A stretch of DNA of 52,702 nt from an uncultured Clostridia bacterium (GCA_947625855.1 CANQPW010000005.1:1-52702); one strand, 5' to 3'. Shown: positions 26,740-37,856, numbered from the stretch's first letter. Translations and numbers: made by a program. Notes: generated by a model not told the origin, from the sequence alone.

Positions 26740-26958
26740 ATGGCAAATTCTAATAGCAAAATGACAAATAAGCAAGCTAAAGCTGCTTTAAACAAATTCA
26801 AATATGAAGTTGCAAATGAAATTGGTGTTAACCTAAAACAAGGTTATAACGGAGATTTAACTTCAAAACAAGCTGGTTCCATAGGTGGAGAAATGGTTAA
26901 AAAAATGGTTGCACAATCTGCTAATCAAATGCAATCACAACAATCTAATCAATATTAA
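26740..26958 (+). CDS. Alpha/beta-type small acid-soluble spore protein (paralogue)
   Basis: 7 amino-acid differences plus one extra residue relative to 22801..23016. Same GGAGGTGAATT RBS context. Confidence 0.93.
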   Translation: MANSNSKMTNKQAKAALNKFKYEVANEIGVNLKQGYNGDLTSKQAGSIGGEMVKKMVAQSANQMQSQQSNQY

Positions 26959-26975
26959 TTTTAAATAAAATTATT

Positions 26976-27017
26976 AATAGGAATGATTCTATTTAATAGA
27001 TTTCATTCCTATTTTTT
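26976..27017. terminator. Terminator after SASP, convergent with secY
   Basis: AATAGGAATGA...TCATTCCTATT long hairpin followed by TTTTT. Confidence 0.7.
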
Positions 27018-27069
27018 ATTTTTCCCCAAAAAAATAGCATTCTTAAGAATGCCATTTTATAATATAATT

Positions 27070-28380
27070 TTATCCTAAAAATCCTGAATAGTTCCTACTA
27101 ACCATTTGAGTTTCAAGATTTTGTAGAATTTCAAGTGCAACGCTTACAGCAATTAATACAGAGTTACCACTAAATGTTATTGAAATATCTGTAATTCCTT
27201 GTAATGCTATTGGTAATACAGCAACTAAAGCTAAGAATATAGCTCCAACTGTTGTAATATTTTTTAATACACTTGATATATAATCTGATGTAGTTTTACC
27301 TGCTCTAATTCCAGGTATAAAGCCACCATTTTTTTTCAAATTATTTGCTATTTCCACTGGGTTTACAATAAACATTGTATACACAAATGTAAATAATATG
27401 ATAAGTAACATATATATTAGTGCATATCCTACAAGATAATACCAATGACTACCTTGTGATACTGAAAATAGATTATATATAACTGACCATATTCCTTGTG
27501 GATTTCCTTTAGTTGCAAAACTTATAATCATACTTGGAAACATCATGAAAGACATTGCAAATATTAATGGCATAACACCTGCCATTGCAAGTTTAATTGG
27601 AATATGTGTACTTTGTCCACCATACATTTTTCTTCCAACAACACGTTTTGCATAATTAACTGGTATTCTACGTTCTGCTTGTTGAACAAATACTATTCCT
27701 GTTATTAATACAAGCATTACAGCTATTAATGCAACTACTATTAATATACCACTAATTCCTCCACGTGCAACTTCAAATAAAGTTTCTGCACCACTTGAAA
27801 TACCTGCTACTATACCTATAAATACGATCATTGAAATACCATTTCCAACACCATATTCAGTTATCTTATCACCTAACCAACTAAGTAATGCAGTTCCCGC
27901 AATAAGAGAACCTATAAATAATACTACTCCTAGTATTTGACCTGCTCCTGATTGTAAAACAGGTAATAAATATGCTTTGTAATTTAAATATGCTGCAAGA
28001 CCTTCAAGTAAGGCAAAAGCAACAGTTAAATATTTAGTATATTTATTAAGTTTCTTTCTACCTTCTTCTCCTTCTTTAGAAAGTCTTTCTAGACTAGGAA
28101 CAATAACTTGTAAAAGATTTAATACAATTGATGCTGTGATGTATGGTCCAATAGATAATGCAAGTATTGATAATCTACTAAACGCACCACCAGAAACTAA
28201 GTTTACTAAAGCTGATATACCGCCTTCTCCAGTACCTATTGCATCTCTTAAAGCTAATTTATCTATACCAGGTATAGTTATATATGTTCCAAATCTAAAT
28301 AATAATAGTATAAATAAAGTGAATATTATTTTATTTCTTAATTCTTTAACTGAAAAAATATTCTTTATGGTTTGTAGCAT
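27070..28380 (-). CDS. secY: Preprotein translocase subunit SecY
   Basis: Ten-TM SecY pattern. Last gene of the spc cluster here. Confidence 0.97.
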   Translation of the reverse strand: MLQTIKNIFSVKELRNKIIFTLFILLLFRFGTYITIPGIDKLALRDAIGTGEGGISALVNLVSGGAFSRLSILALSIGPYITASIVLNLLQVIVPSLERLSKEGEEGRKKLNKYTKYLTVAFALLEGLAAYLNYKAYLLPVLQSGAGQILGVVLFIGSLIAGTALLSWLGDKITEYGVGNGISMIVFIGIVAGISSGAETLFEVARGGISGILIVVALIAVMLVLITGIVFVQQAERRIPVNYAKRVVGRKMYGGQSTHIPIKLAMAGVMPLIFAMSFMMFPSMIISFATKGNPQGIWSVIYNLFSVSQGSHWYYLVGYALIYMLLIILFTFVYTMFIVNPVEIANNLKKNGGFIPGIRAGKTTSDYISSVLKNITTVGAIFLALVAVLPIALQGITDISITFSGNSVLIAVSVALEILQNLETQMVSRNYSGFLG

Positions 28381-28381
28381 A

Positions 28382-28822
28382 CTACTTCACCTCAATCTTT
28401 CCACCTACAGCTTGTATTTTTTCTTCTGCTGATTTTGAAAATTTAGCTGCTACAACAGTAAGTTTTTTAGTTAATGTTCCATTTCCTAAAACTTTAACTC
28501 CATCTAATTCTTTATTTATAATTCCTTCTGATAATAGCATTTCAGCATTTACTACTGTACCATTATCAAATTTTTCTAAATCTCCTACATTTACAACTGC
28601 ATATTCAGTTGCAAAACGATTCTTAAATCCTCTTTTTGGAATTCTTCTATATAAAGGTGTTTGGCCTCCTTCGAAGCCTCTTCTGATTTTTCCACCACTT
28701 CTTGCTTTTTGACCTTTATGTCCTTTACCAGATGTTTTTCCAAGACCACTTCCAATTCCTCTTCCAACTCTTCTTACAACGCTTGTTGAACCCTCTGCTG
28801 GTTTTAATTCTTGAATTTTCAT
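28382..28822 (-). CDS. rplO: 50S ribosomal protein L15
   Basis: [27 protein letters not shown] is canonical. Confidence 0.97.
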   Translation of the reverse strand: MKIQELKPAEGSTSVVRRVGRGIGSGLGKTSGKGHKGQKARSGGKIRRGFEGGQTPLYRRIPKRGFKNRFATEYAVVNVGDLEKFDNGTVVNAEMLLSEGIINKELDGVKVLGNGTLTKKLTVVAAKFSKSAEEKIQAVGGKIEVK

Positions 28823-28860
28823 GGTTTAAGCTTCCTCCTCTCTTTAATATTTTGTTATTT

Positions 28861-29352
28861 TTAATTTAATATTTCAGCTACAGTTTTTCCTCTAAGTTTT
28901 GCGACTTCTTCTGGAGTTCTCATAGCTTTTAATGCTTCCATTGTAGCATAAACTACATTTCTGCTATTACGAGAGCCTAGTGTTTTAGCTGTTACATTTT
29001 TAACACCTGCAAGCTCTAATACTGGTCTTACAGCTCCACCAGCTATTATACCAGTACCTTCAACTGCTGGTTTTAGAACTACTTTTGATGATCCAAAATG
29101 AGATATATACTCATGTGGTAATGTACCATTTACAAGTGATACAGTTATCAAATTTTTCTTTGCATCATCTGTTGCTTTTTTTATAGCTTCTGGAACTTCT
29201 GCAGATTTTCCAGTTCCTACACCTATATGTCCAGCTTCATCTCCAACAACAACAAGTACACTAAATCTAAAAGTTCTACCACCTTTAACAACTTTAGCTA
29301 CTCTGCTTACATTAACAACTTTTTCTTTTAATTCTGTTTTTGTATCAGTCAT
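28861..29352 (-). CDS. rpsE: 30S ribosomal protein S5
   Basis: [26 protein letters not shown] is canonical. Confidence 0.97.
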   Translation of the reverse strand: MTDTKTELKEKVVNVSRVAKVVKGGRTFRFSVLVVVGDEAGHIGVGTGKSAEVPEAIKKATDDAKKNLITVSLVNGTLPHEYISHFGSSKVVLKPAVEGTGIIAGGAVRPVLELAGVKNVTAKTLGSRNSRNVVYATMEALKAMRTPEEVAKLRGKTVAEILN

Positions 29353-29372
29353 TTTTTGGTTTCTCCTTTCTT

Positions 29373-29732
29373 CTAGAATTCTAATCCAGCTTCTCTTGCT
29401 GCATCAGCTACTGCTTTTACTTTTCCATGGTATAAATAACCATTTCTATCAAATACTACAGTTTTTATATTTTTTTCTATTGCACGTTTTGCAATAAGTG
29501 TTCCAACTTCTGTTGCAGCTGCCACATTAGATGCTTTAGTTTTTACTTCTTTATCTAAAGTAGATGCTGAAAGTAAAGTAACTTGTTTTTCGTCATCAAT
29601 TAATTGTGCTGAAATATTATTTAAACTTCTAGATACGCAAAGTCTTGGCTTTAAAGCAGTTCCCTTAACTTTAGCTCTAACTCTTTTTTGTCTAGTAGCT
29701 CTTGCTTCATTTCTGCTAACTTTTTTTATCAT
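29373..29732 (-). CDS. rplR: 50S ribosomal protein L18
   Basis: [18 protein letters not shown]...[26 protein letters not shown]. Confidence 0.97.
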   Translation of the reverse strand: MIKKVSRNEARATRQKRVRAKVKGTALKPRLCVSRSLNNISAQLIDDEKQVTLLSASTLDKEVKTKASNVAAATEVGTLIAKRAIEKNIKTVVFDRNGYLYHGKVKAVADAAREAGLEF

Positions 29733-29763
29733 TTTGAAGTCTCCCTCCTTACACTTTTAATTA

Positions 29764-30300
29764 TTATTTTTTACCGCCAGCTTTACCCTCTTTTCTTCTA
29801 ATGTGTTCGCCAGCATATTTAATACCTTTACCCTTATATGGTTCTGGTAATCTATGTTCTCTAATATCTGCTGCTACTTGACCAACTAATTGTTTGTCAA
29901 TTCCTTTTACAGTAATAGAGTTTGGTGTTGGTACATCTATAGTTATTCCATCAATTTCTTCAATTTCAATATTATGTGAATAACCTAAGAATAATACTAA
30001 CTTTTTACCTTGTTTTTGTGCCCTATATCCTATTCCATTTATTTCCAAAGATTTTTCAAAGCCTTGTGTTACACCAATAATCATATTGTTTATTAATGTT
30101 CTTGTAAGTCCATGTATATTTCCAGCTTTTTCATCATTTAAAGTAACAACTATTTTTCCATCTTCCTGTGCTATATTAACAACAGGTAGAAATTCTTGTG
30201 TTAAAGTTCCTTTTGGACCTTTTACAGTTACTTTATGATTATCAATATTTACTTCAACGCCTTGTGGTATTACAATAGGACTTTTACCTATTCTTGACAT
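29764..30300 (-). CDS. rplF: 50S ribosomal protein L6
   Basis: [17 protein letters not shown]... is canonical. Confidence 0.97.
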   Translation of the reverse strand: MSRIGKSPIVIPQGVEVNIDNHKVTVKGPKGTLTQEFLPVVNIAQEDGKIVVTLNDEKAGNIHGLTRTLINNMIIGVTQGFEKSLEINGIGYRAQKQGKKLVLFLGYSHNIEIEEIDGITIDVPTPNSITVKGIDKQLVGQVAADIREHRLPEPYKGKGIKYAGEHIRRKEGKAGGKK

Positions 30301-30329
30301 GGTATACCCTCCTTTATTTTTAATTTATT

Positions 30330-30722
30330 CTACCATATATATGCTAATACTTCTCCACCAACGTTTTCTTTTCTTGCTAGTTTATCTGTCATTATACCTT
30401 TACTTGTAGATATAATAGCAACTCCAAGTCCATTTAAAACTCTTGGTAATTCTTCAACATTTGCATATATTCTAAGTCCTGGTTTACTAATTCTTTTTAG
30501 ACCTTGTAAAACTCTAGTTTTACCTTCATATTTTAGTGTAATTCTTATAGTTTTATGTACATCTTCTAATATATCCATTGATGTAACAAATCCTTCATTA
30601 ACTAAAATATCAGCTATTGCTTTCTTTTCGTTTGAATAAGGAATATCAACTGTTGCATGTTTTTGACTGTTTGCATTTCTTATTCTTGTCAACATGTCTG
30701 CAATTGGATCTGTTGTATTCAT
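30330..30722 (-). CDS. rpsH: 30S ribosomal protein S8
   Basis: [14 protein letters not shown] is canonical. Confidence 0.97.
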   Translation of the reverse strand: MNTTDPIADMLTRIRNANSQKHATVDIPYSNEKKAIADILVNEGFVTSMDILEDVHKTIRITLKYEGKTRVLQGLKRISKPGLRIYANVEELPRVLNGLGVAIISTSKGIMTDKLARKENVGGEVLAYIW

Positions 30723-30739
30723 TACTTTTTACCTCCTTT

Positions 30740-30925
30740 TTACCAGCTTGCTTTTTTAACTCCTGGTATCTCTCCTTGATATGCTAATTTTCTGAAGCAT
30801 AAACGGCATATTCCATATTTTCTCATATAAGCATGTGGTCTTCCACAAATCTTACATCTATTATAATATCTTGTGCTAAACTTTGGTTCTCTTTTTTGCT
30901 TAGCAATCATAGATTTTTTTGCCAT
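30740..30925 (-). CDS. rpsN: 30S ribosomal protein S14, type Z (zinc-binding, 61 aa)
   Basis: [10 protein letters not shown]...CRLCFR (CxxC...CxxC). The ATG at 30925 lies 7 nt after AGGAGGA. Confidence 0.96.
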   Translation of the reverse strand: MAKKSMIAKQKREPKFSTRYYNRCKICGRPHAYMRKYGICRLCFRKLAYQGEIPGVKKASW

Positions 30926-30937
30926 CTTCAAGTCCTC

Positions 30938-31477
30938 CTATCTTTCAGCAAATGGTAAGCCTAACATTGAAAGTAATGCTTTAGCTTCTTCATCAGTCTT
31001 TGCTGTTGTAACAAAAATGATGTCCATTCCTCTTACTTTATCTATTTTATCATACTCGATTTCTGGGAAAATTAATTGTTCTTTTACACCCATACAATAA
31101 TTTCCACGTCCATCAAATGAGTTTGGATTTACACCTTTAAAATCTCTAACTCTTGGTAATGCTACATTAAAGAATTTTGTAGCGAAATCATACATCTTAT
31201 CTGATCTTAAAGTAACTTTACAACCAAGGTTCATACCTTCTCTTACTTTAAATGCAGCAATTGACTTCTTTGCTTTAGTAATTAAAGGCTTTTGACCAGC
31301 AATTAAAGTTAAATCAGCCATTGCAGCGTCTAATGCTTTTGCATTTTCCTTAACATCAGATACACCCATATTTATAACTATTTTTTCTAGCTTAGGTACT
31401 TGCATTATAGATTTATAACCAAATTTTTCTTTTAATGCAGGTACAATTTCTGTTTTATATCTTTCTTTAAGGTTCAT
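30938..31477 (-). CDS. rplE: 50S ribosomal protein L5
   Basis: [39 protein letters not shown]. Confidence 0.97.
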   Translation of the reverse strand: MNLKERYKTEIVPALKEKFGYKSIMQVPKLEKIVINMGVSDVKENAKALDAAMADLTLIAGQKPLITKAKKSIAAFKVREGMNLGCKVTLRSDKMYDFATKFFNVALPRVRDFKGVNPNSFDGRGNYCMGVKEQLIFPEIEYDKIDKVRGMDIIFVTTAKTDEEAKALLSMLGLPFAER

Positions 31478-31494
31478 TTTATTTTCCCCTCCTT

Positions 31495-31815
31495 CTATTT
31501 AATTTCATTACATTTTTTACAGAATCTTGTTTTTGTTCCATTATCTTCAATTTTTATTCCAAGTTTTACACCTTTTCCACATTTTTCACAGTAATAGTTT
31601 ACTTTTGATGCATCTATTGGATTTTCACTTTTAATAATTCCTGATTCTTGTCCTTGTTTTCTTGCTTTAACGTGTTTTGTTCTAACATTGATACCTTTAA
31701 CTACAACTTTTGCATTTTTTCTATCAATTCTTAGAATTTCACCTTTTTTACCTTTTTCAGAACCAGAATTAACAATTACTACATCGCCTTTTTTTAGTTT
31801 CATTTTTGCAATCAC
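31495..31815 (-). CDS. rplX: 50S ribosomal protein L24 with a C-terminal CxxC...CxxC
   Basis: [23 protein letters not shown] motif. The tail is [36 protein letters not shown] start 7 nt after GGAGGTG. Confidence 0.96.
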   Translation of the reverse strand: MIAKMKLKKGDVVIVNSGSEKGKKGEILRIDRKNAKVVVKGINVRTKHVKARKQGQESGIIKSENPIDASKVNYYCEKCGKGVKLGIKIEDNGTKTRFCKKCNEIK

Positions 31816-31833
31816 TTTAATTCACCTCCGAAT

Positions 31834-32202
31834 TTAAAGAACTTCTGGTGCTAAAGATAATATCTTCATGTAATCCTTATCTCTTAGTTCTCTTGCTATT
31901 GGTCCAAAAATACGTGTTCCTCTTGGTGTTTTATCATCTCTTATTAATACACCGGCATTTTCATCAAATCTTATATAAGATCCATCATCACGTTTTAGAC
32001 CTCTTTTACTTCTTACTATAACTGCTTTAACAACATCACCTTTTTTTACAGTTCCACCTGGAGTTGCTTTTTTTACAGAAGCAACTATAACATCTCCAAT
32101 GTTTCCCCATTTTCTATGGTGTCCACCAAGTACTCTAATACACATTATTTCTTTGGCTCCAGTGTTGTCAGCAACTTTTAATAATGTTTGTTGTTGTATC
32201 AT
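31834..32202 (-). CDS. rplN: 50S ribosomal protein L14
   Basis: [27 protein letters not shown]. Confidence 0.98.
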   Translation of the reverse strand: MIQQQTLLKVADNTGAKEIMCIRVLGGHHRKWGNIGDVIVASVKKATPGGTVKKGDVVKAVIVRSKRGLKRDDGSYIRFDENAGVLIRDDKTPRGTRIFGPIARELRDKDYMKILSLAPEVL

Positions 32203-32231
32203 GGACTTAGTCCTCCCTTCAAATTTCTAAA

Positions 32232-32486
32232 CTATTTAACTTTTTCCACAATTCTAACTAGTCTATATCTTTTATCTTTGCTTAGTGGTCTAGTTTCCAT
32301 TACTTCTACAATGTCGCCTACGCTACATTCGTTATTTTCATCATGAGCTTTTATTTTTAAAGTTTGATTTTTAATTTTTCCATATAATGAATCTTTTACT
32401 TTATTGTCAATTCTAACAACAATAGTTTTATCCATTTTATTACTAACAACTTTTCCAAGTTTTACTTTTCTTAAATTTCTTTCCAC
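32232..32486 (-). CDS. rpsQ: 30S ribosomal protein S17
   Basis: [16 protein letters not shown]...[12 protein letters not shown]. Confidence 0.97.
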   Translation of the reverse strand: MERNLRKVKLGKVVSNKMDKTIVVRIDNKVKDSLYGKIKNQTLKIKAHDENNECSVGDIVEVMETRPLSKDKRYRLVRIVEKVK

Positions 32487-32506
32487 GTCTTACTCCTCCT
32501 TTACCA

Positions 32507-32707
32507 CTAATTATTTTCTTTACTTGTTATAACTGTATTTACTCTTGCAATATTCTTCTTAACTAATGTTATTTTTTTAGGGTTATCAAGGCCATTTAGA
32601 GCATGTTGAAATCTTAATTTAAAAAGCTCACTTTTTAATTCTTTTAGTTCTTTTTGTAATTCTTCCACAGACATATTTTTATATTCGTTTAATTTACTAG
32701 ATTTCAT
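32507..32707 (-). CDS. rpmC: 50S ribosomal protein L29
   Basis: [24 protein letters not shown]. Confidence 0.96.
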   Translation of the reverse strand: MKSSKLNEYKNMSVEELQKELKELKSELFKLRFQHALNGLDNPKKITLVKKNIARVNTVITSKENN

Positions 32708-33134
32708 TTGCTACTCCCCCTTCTTGTTCTTCTTTACTTACAATTTTACATTTTATAGGAAGTTTATGCATAGCCTTCTTTAAAGCTTCTTTACTAATTT
32801 CTTCACCAAGTCCAGCTACTTCAAACAGTATTCTTCCTGGTTTTACAACTGCTACGAAATACTCAGGATTTCCTTTTCCAGAACCCATACGAGTTTCAGC
32901 AGGCTTTTTTGTTATAGGTTTATCTGGGAATATTTTTATCCAAGTTTTACCCATTTTTTTAGTATATCTTGATAATGTAACTCTGACTGCTTCAATTTGG
33001 TTTGCTGTAATCCAAGCTGGTTCTAATGCTTGAAGTCCATATTCACCATTTACAATCTTTGTTCCTCTAGTTGCATTACCTTTATTTGTACCTTTTTGTA
33101 CTTTTCTATATTTTGTTCTTTTTGGTGACAACAT
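32697..33134 (-). CDS. rplP: 50S ribosomal protein L16
   Basis: [15 protein letters not shown]... Confidence 0.98.
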   Translation of the reverse strand: MLSPKRTKYRKVQKGTNKGNATRGTKIVNGEYGLQALEPAWITANQIEAVRVTLSRYTKKMGKTWIKIFPDKPITKKPAETRMGSGKGNPEYFVAVVKPGRILFEVAGLGEEISKEALKKAMHKLPIKCKIVSKEEQEGGVANEI

Positions 33135-33135
33135 A

Positions 33136-33792
33136 TTAGTTACCTCCTTTTACATCTTTTTTTGCAGGAAGTATTTCACCTTTATATATCCAAACTTTAA
33201 CACCAATTATTCCATATGTTGTTTTTGCTTCTGCAAAACCATAATCAATATCTGCTCTTAAAGTTTGAAGTGGAATTGTACCTTCATGATACTGTTCAGT
33301 TCTAGCAATTTCTGCTCCTCCTAAACGACCAGCAACAGAGGTTTTTATTCCTAATGCTCCTGCTTTCATAGTTTTTTGCATTGCTTGTTTCATTGCTTTT
33401 CTAAAAGATACTCTTTTTTCAAGTTGAAGTGCTATATTTTCAGCAACTAGTTGTGCTGCCATATCAATATCTTTTATTTCTATTATATTTAAAGCAACAT
33501 CTTTACCAAATTTTTTGTTAAGTTTTGCTCTTAATTCTTCTATAGATGCTCCACCTTTACCTATTATCATTCCAGGTTTTGCTGTATAGATGTCAACAAA
33601 GACTTTATCTCCTTTTCTTGATATATCTAACTTATTTATTCCTGCTGGTTTAAGTAAGTTTTTTAGATATGTACGCATATTATAATCTTCTACTAATTTA
33701 TCAGAATATTGTTGTTTATTAGCATACCAAGTTGAAGACCAATCTTTAATTATTCCAACTCTAAGTCCGTGTGGACTAACTTTTTGTCCCAT
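33136..33792 (-). CDS. rpsC: 30S ribosomal protein S3
   Basis: [18 protein letters not shown]... Confidence 0.98.
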   Translation of the reverse strand: MGQKVSPHGLRVGIIKDWSSTWYANKQQYSDKLVEDYNMRTYLKNLLKPAGINKLDISRKGDKVFVDIYTAKPGMIIGKGGASIEELRAKLNKKFGKDVALNIIEIKDIDMAAQLVAENIALQLEKRVSFRKAMKQAMQKTMKAGALGIKTSVAGRLGGAEIARTEQYHEGTIPLQTLRADIDYGFAEAKTTYGIIGVKVWIYKGEILPAKKDVKGGN

Positions 33793-33808
33793 TTTAAACT
33801 TACCTCCT

Positions 33809-34150
33809 CTATGCTTCTTTTAACACAACTGTTATGTGACTTGTTCTTTTTCTTATTCTATTTGCTCTTCCTTGAGCTCTTGGCATTATTCTTTTCATAG
33901 TAGTTCCTTGATTAGCATATATTTCTGCAATGTATAATTTGCTTTCATCCATTTGATGATTATTTACTGCATTTGCCATTGCTGATTTAACTAATTTTTC
34001 AACTACTGGTGCAGCTGCTTTATTTGTATATTTTAAAATTGATACAGCTTCTTTTGCACTTTTGCCTCTTATAGTATCAATAACTATTTTTACTTTTCTT
34101 GCACTTATTCTTGCATGACGTAACTCTGCTCTTGCTACTTTCTCTTCCAT
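33809..34150 (-). CDS. rplV: 50S ribosomal protein L22
   Basis: [18 protein letters not shown]...[16 protein letters not shown]. Confidence 0.97.
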   Translation of the reverse strand: MEEKVARAELRHARISARKVKIVIDTIRGKSAKEAVSILKYTNKAAAPVVEKLVKSAMANAVNNHQMDESKLYIAEIYANQGTTMKRIMPRAQGRANRIRKRTSHITVVLKEA

Positions 34151-34168
34151 TTTAAGGCTCCTCCTTCT

Positions 34169-34450
34169 TTATTTTTCGACTTTAGTCTTTCTATCTCCTG
34201 AATGTCCTCTGAAAAGTCTTGTTGGAGCAAATTCTCCTAATTTATGTCCTATCATTTCTTCAGTAATATATACTGGAACATGTTTTCTTCCATCATGAAC
34301 AGCAATTGTATGACCAATCATTTGAGGATATATAGTAGAGGATCTTGACCAAGTCTTTATTGCTTCTTTTTTATCTTCTTCATTTAATTTTTCAACCTTA
34401 GCAAGTAATCTTTCATCACAGTAAGGTCCTTTTTTAAGCGATCTTGACAT
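34169..34450 (-). CDS. rpsS: 30S ribosomal protein S19
   Basis: [10 protein letters not shown]...[11 protein letters not shown]. Confidence 0.98.
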   Translation of the reverse strand: MSRSLKKGPYCDERLLAKVEKLNEEDKKEAIKTWSRSSTIYPQMIGHTIAVHDGRKHVPVYITEEMIGHKLGEFAPTRLFRGHSGDRKTKVEK

Positions 34451-34467
34451 TTTCTATCCCTCCATTT

Positions 34468-35295
34468 TTACTTTCTTCTCTTAACAATATATTTGTCAGT
34501 TCTATGTTTTGCTTTTCTTGTTTTATATCCAAGTGCTGGTTTACCCCAAGGAGTAAGTGGTCCTGAATGTCCTACTGGTGCTTTACCTTCACCACCACCA
34601 TGTGGGTGATCTACTGGGTTCATTACACTACCTCTAACAGTAGGTCTTATTCCCATATGTCTAGTTCTACCAGCTTTTCCTAGTTTTACATTTTCATGAT
34701 CTAGATTTCCAACTTGACCAATACATGCTCTACAATCAATAGATATAAGTCTCATTTCTCCTGAAGGCATCCTAATATTTGCATAATTACCTTCTTTTGC
34801 CATTAATTGAGCAGCCATTCCTGCACTTCTTACAAGTTGTGCTCCTCTTCCTTTATGTAATTCTATATTATATATTAATGTACCTACTGGTATTGCACTT
34901 AAAGGTAAGCAATTTCCAATTTTTATATCAGCTTTTTCTGATGATATAACTTTATCTCCATCAGTTAGACCAAGTGGAGCTATTATATATGATCTTTCAC
35001 CATCTTCATATTCGATTAATGCAATATTAGATGTTCTATTAGGATCATATTCAATACCAATTACTGTAGCTTCCATATCTAACTTATTTCTTTTAAAATC
35101 GATTGTTCTATATTTTCTTCTGTTTCCACCACCTTGATGTCTTACTGTTATTTTACCAGATGCATTTCTTCCAGAATGTTTTTTTCTTTTTGTAAGTAAT
35201 GATTTTTCTGGTTCAAATTTTGTAATTTCTTCGTTAGTTAATGTTGTAGTATTTCTTAATGATGGAGTAACAGGTTTAAAAGATTTTATTCCCAT
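34468..35295 (-). CDS. rplB: 50S ribosomal protein L2
   Basis: [22 protein letters not shown]...HPHGGGEG. Confidence 0.98.
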   Translation of the reverse strand: MGIKSFKPVTPSLRNTTTLTNEEITKFEPEKSLLTKRKKHSGRNASGKITVRHQGGGNRRKYRTIDFKRNKLDMEATVIGIEYDPNRTSNIALIEYEDGERSYIIAPLGLTDGDKVISSEKADIKIGNCLPLSAIPVGTLIYNIELHKGRGAQLVRSAGMAAQLMAKEGNYANIRMPSGEMRLISIDCRACIGQVGNLDHENVKLGKAGRTRHMGIRPTVRGSVMNPVDHPHGGGEGKAPVGHSGPLTPWGKPALGYKTRKAKHRTDKYIVKRRK

Positions 35296-35307
35296 TTTTA
35301 TTCCCTC

Positions 35308-35670
35308 CTAGTTATTTCCAAATGCTGAATTTATTTCTTCAATTTCAGTTTTATATTTTCTATTTAATTTTGTTTGTTTTCCACCTTTTGCAAGATATGC
35401 TTCATTTGCTGGATTCTTATCAATAGCAACTATTGCTTTTTTCCATGCTTTTGTTTTTCCTTGGTGTACTCCAACTCTTTTATTTTTACCATCATATCTT
35501 AAAGTGTTAACTTTTAGAACTTTAACATTAAAAAGCTCTTCAACAGCATCCTTTATTTCTACTTTTGACGCATTTAATGCAACTTCAAAAGTATATTTAC
35601 CATTTGCAATATCTGTATAACTTTTTTCTGTCATTATAGGTCTTATTATAACATCTTCTGCATGTTTCAT
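35308..35670 (-). CDS. rplW: 50S ribosomal protein L23 with a C-terminal extension of about 25 aa
   Basis: [10 protein letters not shown]...KAIVAI core, and position between rplD and rplB. Confidence 0.95.
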   Translation of the reverse strand: MKHAEDVIIRPIMTEKSYTDIANGKYTFEVALNASKVEIKDAVEELFNVKVLKVNTLRYDGKNKRVGVHQGKTKAWKKAIVAIDKNPANEAYLAKGGKQTKLNRKYKTEIEEINSAFGNN

Positions 35671-35671
35671 C

Positions 35672-36292
35672 TTATGCGTACACCTCCTCTAATTTCTTTA
35701 TTGCATCTTCAGTAACTACTAATTTGTTATATTTTAATAAATCAAATACATTAATTGTGCTTACTAAAGTTGTTTTTACATTTTCAATATTTCTAGCTGA
35801 TGCTTGAACATTTAAATTCTTTTCGTTTAACATAACTAAAGCTTTATCAACTTTTAAGTTATTTAATACTTTTACCATTTCTCTTGTCTTAATTTCTTTT
35901 AGTTCTAATTTATCAACAACTACTAAATTTCCTTCTTGTAATTTTGAAGTAAGTACTGATTTGAAAGCAAGTTGTCTCATTTTCTTAGGAATTTTATATT
36001 TATATGATCTAGGTTTTGGTCCTAAAGCTATACCACCTTTAATCCATTGTGGAGCTCTAATACTACCTTGTCTAGCTCTACCAGTTCCTTTTTGTTTCCA
36101 TGGTTTTCTTCCACCACCACGAACTTCTGCTCTTGTTTTTGTAGATTGAGTACCTTGTCTTTGATTAGCTAAGTAATTTACTAGAGCTGAATGAACAACT
36201 ACATCATTTACTTCAACACCAAATACAGATTCTGATAGCTCAATATCTTTTACTTTTTTTCCTTCCATATTTAAAACGTCTACTTTAAGCAT
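35672..36292 (-). CDS. rplD: 50S ribosomal protein L4
   Basis: [26 protein letters not shown]. Confidence 0.98.
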   Translation of the reverse strand: MLKVDVLNMEGKKVKDIELSESVFGVEVNDVVVHSALVNYLANQRQGTQSTKTRAEVRGGGRKPWKQKGTGRARQGSIRAPQWIKGGIALGPKPRSYKYKIPKKMRQLAFKSVLTSKLQEGNLVVVDKLELKEIKTREMVKVLNNLKVDKALVMLNEKNLNVQASARNIENVKTTLVSTINVFDLLKYNKLVVTEDAIKKLEEVYA

Positions 36293-36318
36293 TCTAATTC
36301 TCCTCCTCTCTCATACAA

Positions 36319-36945
36319 TTACTTAACACTTTTTCTAATTTTTACTATTGAATTTTTAGCTCCAGGTACTGAACCTTTTACTAAAATTACATTTTTGTCA
36401 GTGTCTACTTTTATAACATCTAGATTTAAAATTGTAGATGTTTCACTACCCATATGTCCTGGTAATTTTTTACCTTTATATACTCTACCTGGACTTGTTG
36501 TAGCATTCATTGAACCTGGTCTTCTATGATACATAGAACCATGAGCCATAGGTCCTCTATGTTGTCCATGTCTTTTAATATTTCCTTGGAAACCTTTACC
36601 TTTTGATGTACCTTGTACATCTACTCTGTCTTCTGTTGTAAAAGTATCAACAGTAATTTTACTTCCAATTTCATATTCATCAACATTTTCAACTTTTATT
36701 TCTCTTAAATATTTTTGTACTTCTACTCCTGCTTTTGCAAAAACACCTTTTAATGGTTTATTTGCATTTTTTTCTTTTACTTCACCAAAGCTAACTACTA
36801 TTGCGTTATATCCTTCTTTGTCAGCTGTTTTTTTACCAACTACTGTGCAAGGCTTTGCTTCAATAACAGTTACTGGTATTGCGACACCATTTTCTTCGTA
36901 AATTTGTGTCATTCCGATTTTCTTTCCGTAAATTTCTTTTACCAT
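36319..36945 (-). CDS. rplC: 50S ribosomal protein L3
   Basis: GKKIGMTQIY...GKGFQGNIKRHG. Confidence 0.98.
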   Translation of the reverse strand: MVKEIYGKKIGMTQIYEENGVAIPVTVIEAKPCTVVGKKTADKEGYNAIVVSFGEVKEKNANKPLKGVFAKAGVEVQKYLREIKVENVDEYEIGSKITVDTFTTEDRVDVQGTSKGKGFQGNIKRHGQHRGPMAHGSMYHRRPGSMNATTSPGRVYKGKKLPGHMGSETSTILNLDVIKVDTDKNVILVKGSVPGAKNSIVKIRKSVK

Positions 36946-37046
36946 TTTTATTCCTCCCTATAAAATTTACTTAACTTCACTAAATATCCAATCAGGGTTT
37001 GTCATTGCCTAATACTTTAGGATAACTATTAGATATTTTAAGAAGT

Positions 37047-37364
37047 TTATAGTTTAACTTCGATTTCTACGCCTGCTGGCATATCAATTGACATTAAAGC
37101 ATCTACTGTTGCTTGATTTGGAGCTATAACATCAATTACTCTTTTATGAGTTCTCATTTCAAATTGTTCTCTAGAATCTTTATCTTTATGTGGAGAACGT
37201 AATATTGTGATAATCTCTTTTTCTGTTGGAAGTGGAATTGGACCTGATACTTCAGAACCAGTTTTTCTAGCTACTTCAACAATCTTTGATGCTGCTTGCT
37301 CAAGCACTACATGATCATAAGCCTTTAATCTTATTCTCATTTTTTTGTTTTGTTCTTTTGACAT
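37047..37364 (-). CDS. rpsJ: 30S ribosomal protein S10
   Basis: [37 protein letters not shown]. Confidence 0.98.
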   Translation of the reverse strand: MSKEQNKKMRIRLKAYDHVVLEQAASKIVEVARKTGSEVSGPIPLPTEKEIITILRSPHKDKDSREQFEMRTHKRVIDVIAPNQATVDALMSIDMPAGVEIEVKL

Positions 37365-37615
37365 ATGTAAAACACTCCTTTTCTATAATTTGTTGGCTAA
37401 ACAAGTTTTACACTACCCCGTGTGTTTCATATTTTACACATATTAAAACCAAATTTCACAATATGTAAAACTTGGCAAATACACGTCAATCTATATACTT
37501 GCCGCCCGATTTAAAATCAGACATGCTCCATAAGAGTTCCCTACTTCACAGAGTAGCCACATCTTACTTCAACGCAAATCATAAATATTATAACTTAATC
37601 TATTCAAAAAAGCAA
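37365..37615 (-). promoter_or_regulatory. S10-operon promoter plus a leader of about 215 nt with four copies of a complementary 8-mer
   Basis: On the minus strand: TTGCTT, 17-nt spacer, TATAAT (37587-37615). Plus-strand TGTAAAAC at 37366-73 and 37464-71. The complementary GTTTTACA / TTTTACAC lie at 37405-12 and 37432-39. Confidence 0.45.
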
Positions 37616-37796
37616 GTGTTTTTCTAAAAAAACTTTAAAAAATAGCGTTTTTTTAAAATTTGTAATAAAAATGTAATATTTTCATTATAAATATTCTAAA
37701 AAAATTTATTATTTTACAAAATTCTTTCTTTACAAAGCTTGATGTTTGTGTATTTTACATATTTATTTTATACAAAAACAAATAGCTTTTTTTATA

Positions 37797-37842
37797 TTGA
37801 ATCTATATTTTTTTTATGATAACATATCACTGAAAATATGTT
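37797..37842 (+). promoter_or_regulatory. Promoter of the ThyX-like/kinase pair with an overlapping palindrome
   Basis: TTGAAT (37797-802), 17-nt spacer, TAACAT (37820-25) preceded by TG. The palindrome AACATAT-N8-ATATGTT (37821-37842) spans the -10 and the TSS. Confidence 0.4.
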
Positions 37843-37856
37843 AGGGAGTGATAGTT

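Noticed and set aside
36946-37046. Unusually long (100-nt) rplC-rpsJ intergenic spacer, inspected for a hairpin or small gene.
   Set aside because: No convincing stem-loop, ORF or repeat was found by eye.
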